This document shows, piece after piece, positions 61,226-64,000 of a stretch of DNA of 64,000 nucleotides. The translations under genes and the position numbers were made by a program. This DNA is from an uncultured delta proteobacterium (GTDB taxonomy: Bacteria > Desulfobacterota > Binatia > UBA9968): NCBI GenBank assembly GCA_963771465.1, contig CAVYTU010000005.1, forward strand, positions 1 to 64,000, written 5' to 3'. The first letter of the stretch is position 1. The number at the start of each line of letters is the position of its first letter. The notes under the pieces were generated by a model, which saw only the letters and a list, made by a program, of their open reading frames with translations, ran no database searches and was not told where the DNA came from.

Positions 61226-62203
61226 CTACTTTCCGGCGTTAACTTGTCGGACAAAGCGATCGTCGAAAAATTGTGAAGGCTTGGCTGATTTCGCTTCGGG
61301 GATCGATTCAGCGAGGAAATCCAACATGCCTTGCAGTCCTGGTTCCGAAGTGACCAACTCCCGGCGAAAGCCGGCCTTCTTGTAGAATTCGTAACTGCGG
61401 TCGAGCACTTCTTGGTCGGTTTCCTTGGCGTATTTGGCGATGACTTTCACGGCGAACTGCTTGTCGGCGTAGAAACGATCGATGCCGGCGCGCACGGCGC
61501 GAAGCATCGGCACGAGCCGAGGGCCGAGCTCGTCGAGGCGGCTTTTTCGCACGACCAGGCCGACGTTTTGATAAGGCTCACCGATGAGACTGACTAGTGA
61601 GCGGAAACCGTCGCGTTCCATCTTGAAGCTGGCGGGCGGCGAGCCGACGCCGCCGGCGATCTGTCCGGCATAAAATGCCGCGACGATCTGCGGGCTGCTA
61701 CCGAGCGGGCGAAGCTGTACGTCTTTCGGCGTCAGTCCCAGTTTTTTGAGCGCGACTACCGTGCCGTAATAGACCGGTGTCGCCGGACGATCGGTGCCGA
61801 CGATTTTGCCTTTCAGTTGCTCGACATTTTTGATTTCCGGGCGCACGTAGAAATCCCAGATCATCGTATTCAGCAGTCCGGCGATGAATGTGACGTCGAT
61901 GCCGCGCAAGGACGCCGTCAACACTGGTGCAGCCGAGACCTGCACGACGTCGATCTCATTGGCGATCAACGCGGGGATTGCGCTGGTCGACTGCATGGTG
62001 AGAACTTCGATGTCCAAGCCTTCTCTGGCGAAACCGCCTATCTCTTTCGCCATCCACACCGATGCCATTGTCACCGTTGTGCTCAGGTAAGCGATGCGCA
62101 AAGGCCGGTTTGGGCGACTCTGCGCATGCACTTGCGGTGTCGCGGTGACGACCGGGACTAGCGAGAGAACTATTAGGAACAAGGCTTTCGGATATCCGAA
62201 CAT
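61226..62203 (-). CDS. NMT1/SsuA-family substrate-binding protein
   Basis: RBS GAGGTG before ATG 62203; signal peptide; QLKGKIVG. Confidence 0.85.
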   Translation of the reverse strand: MFGYPKALFLIVLSLVPVVTATPQVHAQSRPNRPLRIAYLSTTVTMASVWMAKEIGGFAREGLDIEVLTMQSTSAIPALIANEIDVVQVSAAPVLTASLRGIDVTFIAGLLNTMIWDFYVRPEIKNVEQLKGKIVGTDRPATPVYYGTVVALKKLGLTPKDVQLRPLGSSPQIVAAFYAGQIAGGVGSPPASFKMERDGFRSLVSLIGEPYQNVGLVVRKSRLDELGPRLVPMLRAVRAGIDRFYADKQFAVKVIAKYAKETDQEVLDRSYEFYKKAGFRRELVTSEPGLQGMLDFLAESIPEAKSAKPSQFFDDRFVRQVNAGK

Positions 62204-62438
62204 TAAGTCACCTCGGACGACTAATCGCGAATCTAATGCACTCTGGTCAGGTTGGCCGGTAAGATAGGGCAGGTAGCTCCTGCCGGTCAAGCCTACTAGC
62301 GGTTGGCGGGTGGCCAATGTGCCTTGCAACGGGTGCAAATACGCTCAACGTCGCACAATTCGGTGCGCTGCCGATGGCCGGACGGTACAAATAGCTCCGA
62401 AATTTCCTGTTTGTTGCCACTTTCCGTGGTTTTATTCT

Positions 62439-62454
62439 GGGCACGGGCCTTGCT
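62439..62454 (+). promoter_or_regulatory. sigma54 -24/-12 promoter
   Basis: GGGCAC-GGGCC-TTGCT upstream of a small ORF. Confidence 0.55.
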
Positions 62455-62566
62455 CAATTGGTGGCTGAGAGATAGACCGATGGAGCGGTCAAACAAGTCG
62501 ACCCGTTAACGATTTGAGGTCGTAACCGTCAATGAGTCAGGTGAGGACAAAATTAGGAGGTGTTTT

Positions 62567-62728
62567 ATGAGTGACACTTCAAGACCACTTATAGCTCTCG
62601 GTTTTACCATCCTGATGTTGATTGGTCTGTTGGTCTTCGATCCAAGGCCGGTACGCTTTGCTGCGCTCGCGGGCGATAGCGAATCGAAAGTTACTGAGCT
62701 CGGCCTGCGCTTTACTATGCAACGTTAG
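62567..62728 (+). CDS. Small membrane protein (53 aa, absent from ORF track)
   Basis: Strong RBS TAGGAGGT; MSDTSRPLIALGFTILMLIGLLVFDPRPV... Confidence 0.6.
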   Translation: MSDTSRPLIALGFTILMLIGLLVFDPRPVRFAALAGDSESKVTELGLRFTMQR

Positions 62729-62783
62729 TCTGGCTGTCCGATACTCGCCGCGTTCACCGATCACGGCGTTTCGTTCTCGTTAG

Positions 62784-63778
62784 TTAAAACCGGCCTTCTT
62801 TCTCTAGTTTTCTAAGCACGCTGTCGTCGATCAATTCTTCAGCTTTTAACCGGCGAATCTTTTCATTGGTTGTGCCGAGCAGGCGGATCACGTTGCGAAT
62901 GCCGTCGACGCTTGGATAAATTTTCTTGTCATAGATTGTCGGCAAGCTTTGATAGCCTTCCTCGGCGTCTTCGAGCCGCGGCAGACGCATGCCTTTAGCA
63001 ACGGCGCGGATCACTTCAGATTTGTTGGCGGGATTCCTGATAAAAGTCACCGCGTCGAGTAATCCTTTGAAAACACTTTCGGCGGTCGCCGGTGACGACT
63101 TCATGAAGCTGCGCCGTGAGATCAGCCCCGAGCCTTGGTAGGCGATCGGCAGCTTTTCTACGTCGGCGAGCACCGTGTAGCCTTTGTTTTGTAGATTCTT
63201 TCCATGCGCATAACCGACCAGGACGGCGTCCACTGTGCCGGCCATGAAACCTTGCACCATGACGGTTTGATCGCCGAGTGAACGAAACTGTATTTTGTCA
63301 CGCTCCGGCGACAGGCCCCAGTGATCGAGCGTGAGCATGGAAAAAATCCAGCCGCCGCCGCTCAGGCTATTGACGCCGACGCTTTTGCCTCTCAAGTCAG
63401 CCGGAGTTTTGATCTTCGGATGAGCCATGAACATGCCAGTGAGCCGGTTAATGAAGCCGGCGACGAAAACTAGCTCTGCGCCTTCGGCGATGGCGCCGAG
63501 ATTGGCGCCGGACACCGAGCCCCAGTGAAACTGCGATTCACCCGAGCTGAGCGCGGCCATGCCGATGGGCCCGCTGCGCGTCTGGACGAAGTGTACGTCG
63601 ACACCGTATTTGCGGAAGTAGCCTTGCTCCTGCGCGACATAGATCGCCGCTTCACGCTCGCTCACCGAGCCGGTGGTGAGCAGGACTTTGGTGAGCGGCG
63701 CGGCCGCGTCGAGCGGATTCAAACGGAGCCGCAAGAATCGAGGGACACAATTAGCAATCCAAATGAACGAACCATCAT
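62784..63778 (-). CDS. NMT1/SsuA-family substrate-binding protein (signal-peptide region appears frameshifted)
   Basis: EQGYFRKYGVDV, ADLRGKSVGV; RBS GGAG and ATG 63778 (MMVRSFGLLIVS) are out of frame with the body. Confidence 0.8.
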
Positions 63779-63814
63779 CGCAATAAATCTCCGTTCAACT
63801 CGCAGGATTTCATT

Positions 63815-64000
63815 TCACTTGATCAACTTGGTCGCGCGGGCGAGCAACTCCGGCGGAATCGTTAGGCCGATCTGCTTGGCTGTTTTCAGATTGACGACAA
63901 ACTCGAACTTCATCGGCTGCTCAACTGGTAGATCGGCAGGCTTCGCGCCCTTGAGAATTCTGTCGATGTAGTATGCGACGCGCCGGTAGCTGTCCGCTTG
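63815..64000 (-). CDS. C-terminus of ABC_sub_bind family substrate-binding protein (truncated by window)
   Basis: [39 protein letters not shown]. Confidence 0.85.
   Translation of the reverse strand, partial: QADSYRRVAYYIDRILKGAKPADLPVEQPMKFEFVVNLKTAKQIGLTIPPELLARATKLIK

Overview
Bacterial chromosome window of moderately high GC. The many orphan NMT1/SsuA-type binding proteins, amidohydrolases and a Rieske oxygenase suggest a soil Binatota/Deltaproteobacteria-like genome (inference). (1) 1-7.5 kb: right end of a degraded prophage or satellite with a Mu-gpI-like protease tail, a hairpin-dense non-coding tract, a signal-peptide-bearing tail-spike-like protein, an excisionase-like HTH and a frameshifted tyrosine integrase. 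The element abuts the 5' end of tRNA-Leu(TAA) at 7508-7596. (2) 7.8-30.3 kb: core and metabolic genes (uvrB, uvrC, comEC, GH13 TreS-like, thrC, metB-like, amidohydrolases, SBPs). (3) 30.3-43.3 kb: an island in which a Tat SBP - SCO - histidine kinase - sigma54 activator operon is divergent from two tandem copies of one module. Each module reads tandem UAS + IHF-like site + sigma54 promoter -> TIGR03032/DUF4915 protein -> surface protein with a conserved ~95-aa pre-signal extension, CSLREA, variable beta-helix, choice-of-anchor-Q and DUF4214 domains. This module is the best candidate for an undescribed system. Many genes in this island carry 1-nt indels (decay or assembly error). (4) 43.3-64 kb: cupins, MBL-fold protein, lipoproteins, LigJ-like/Rieske aromatic cluster, CapA-like, TcuA-like and further SBPs. 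Several unannotated small ORFs lie behind sigma54 promoters. All family assignments are motif recognition by eye; no database was searched.
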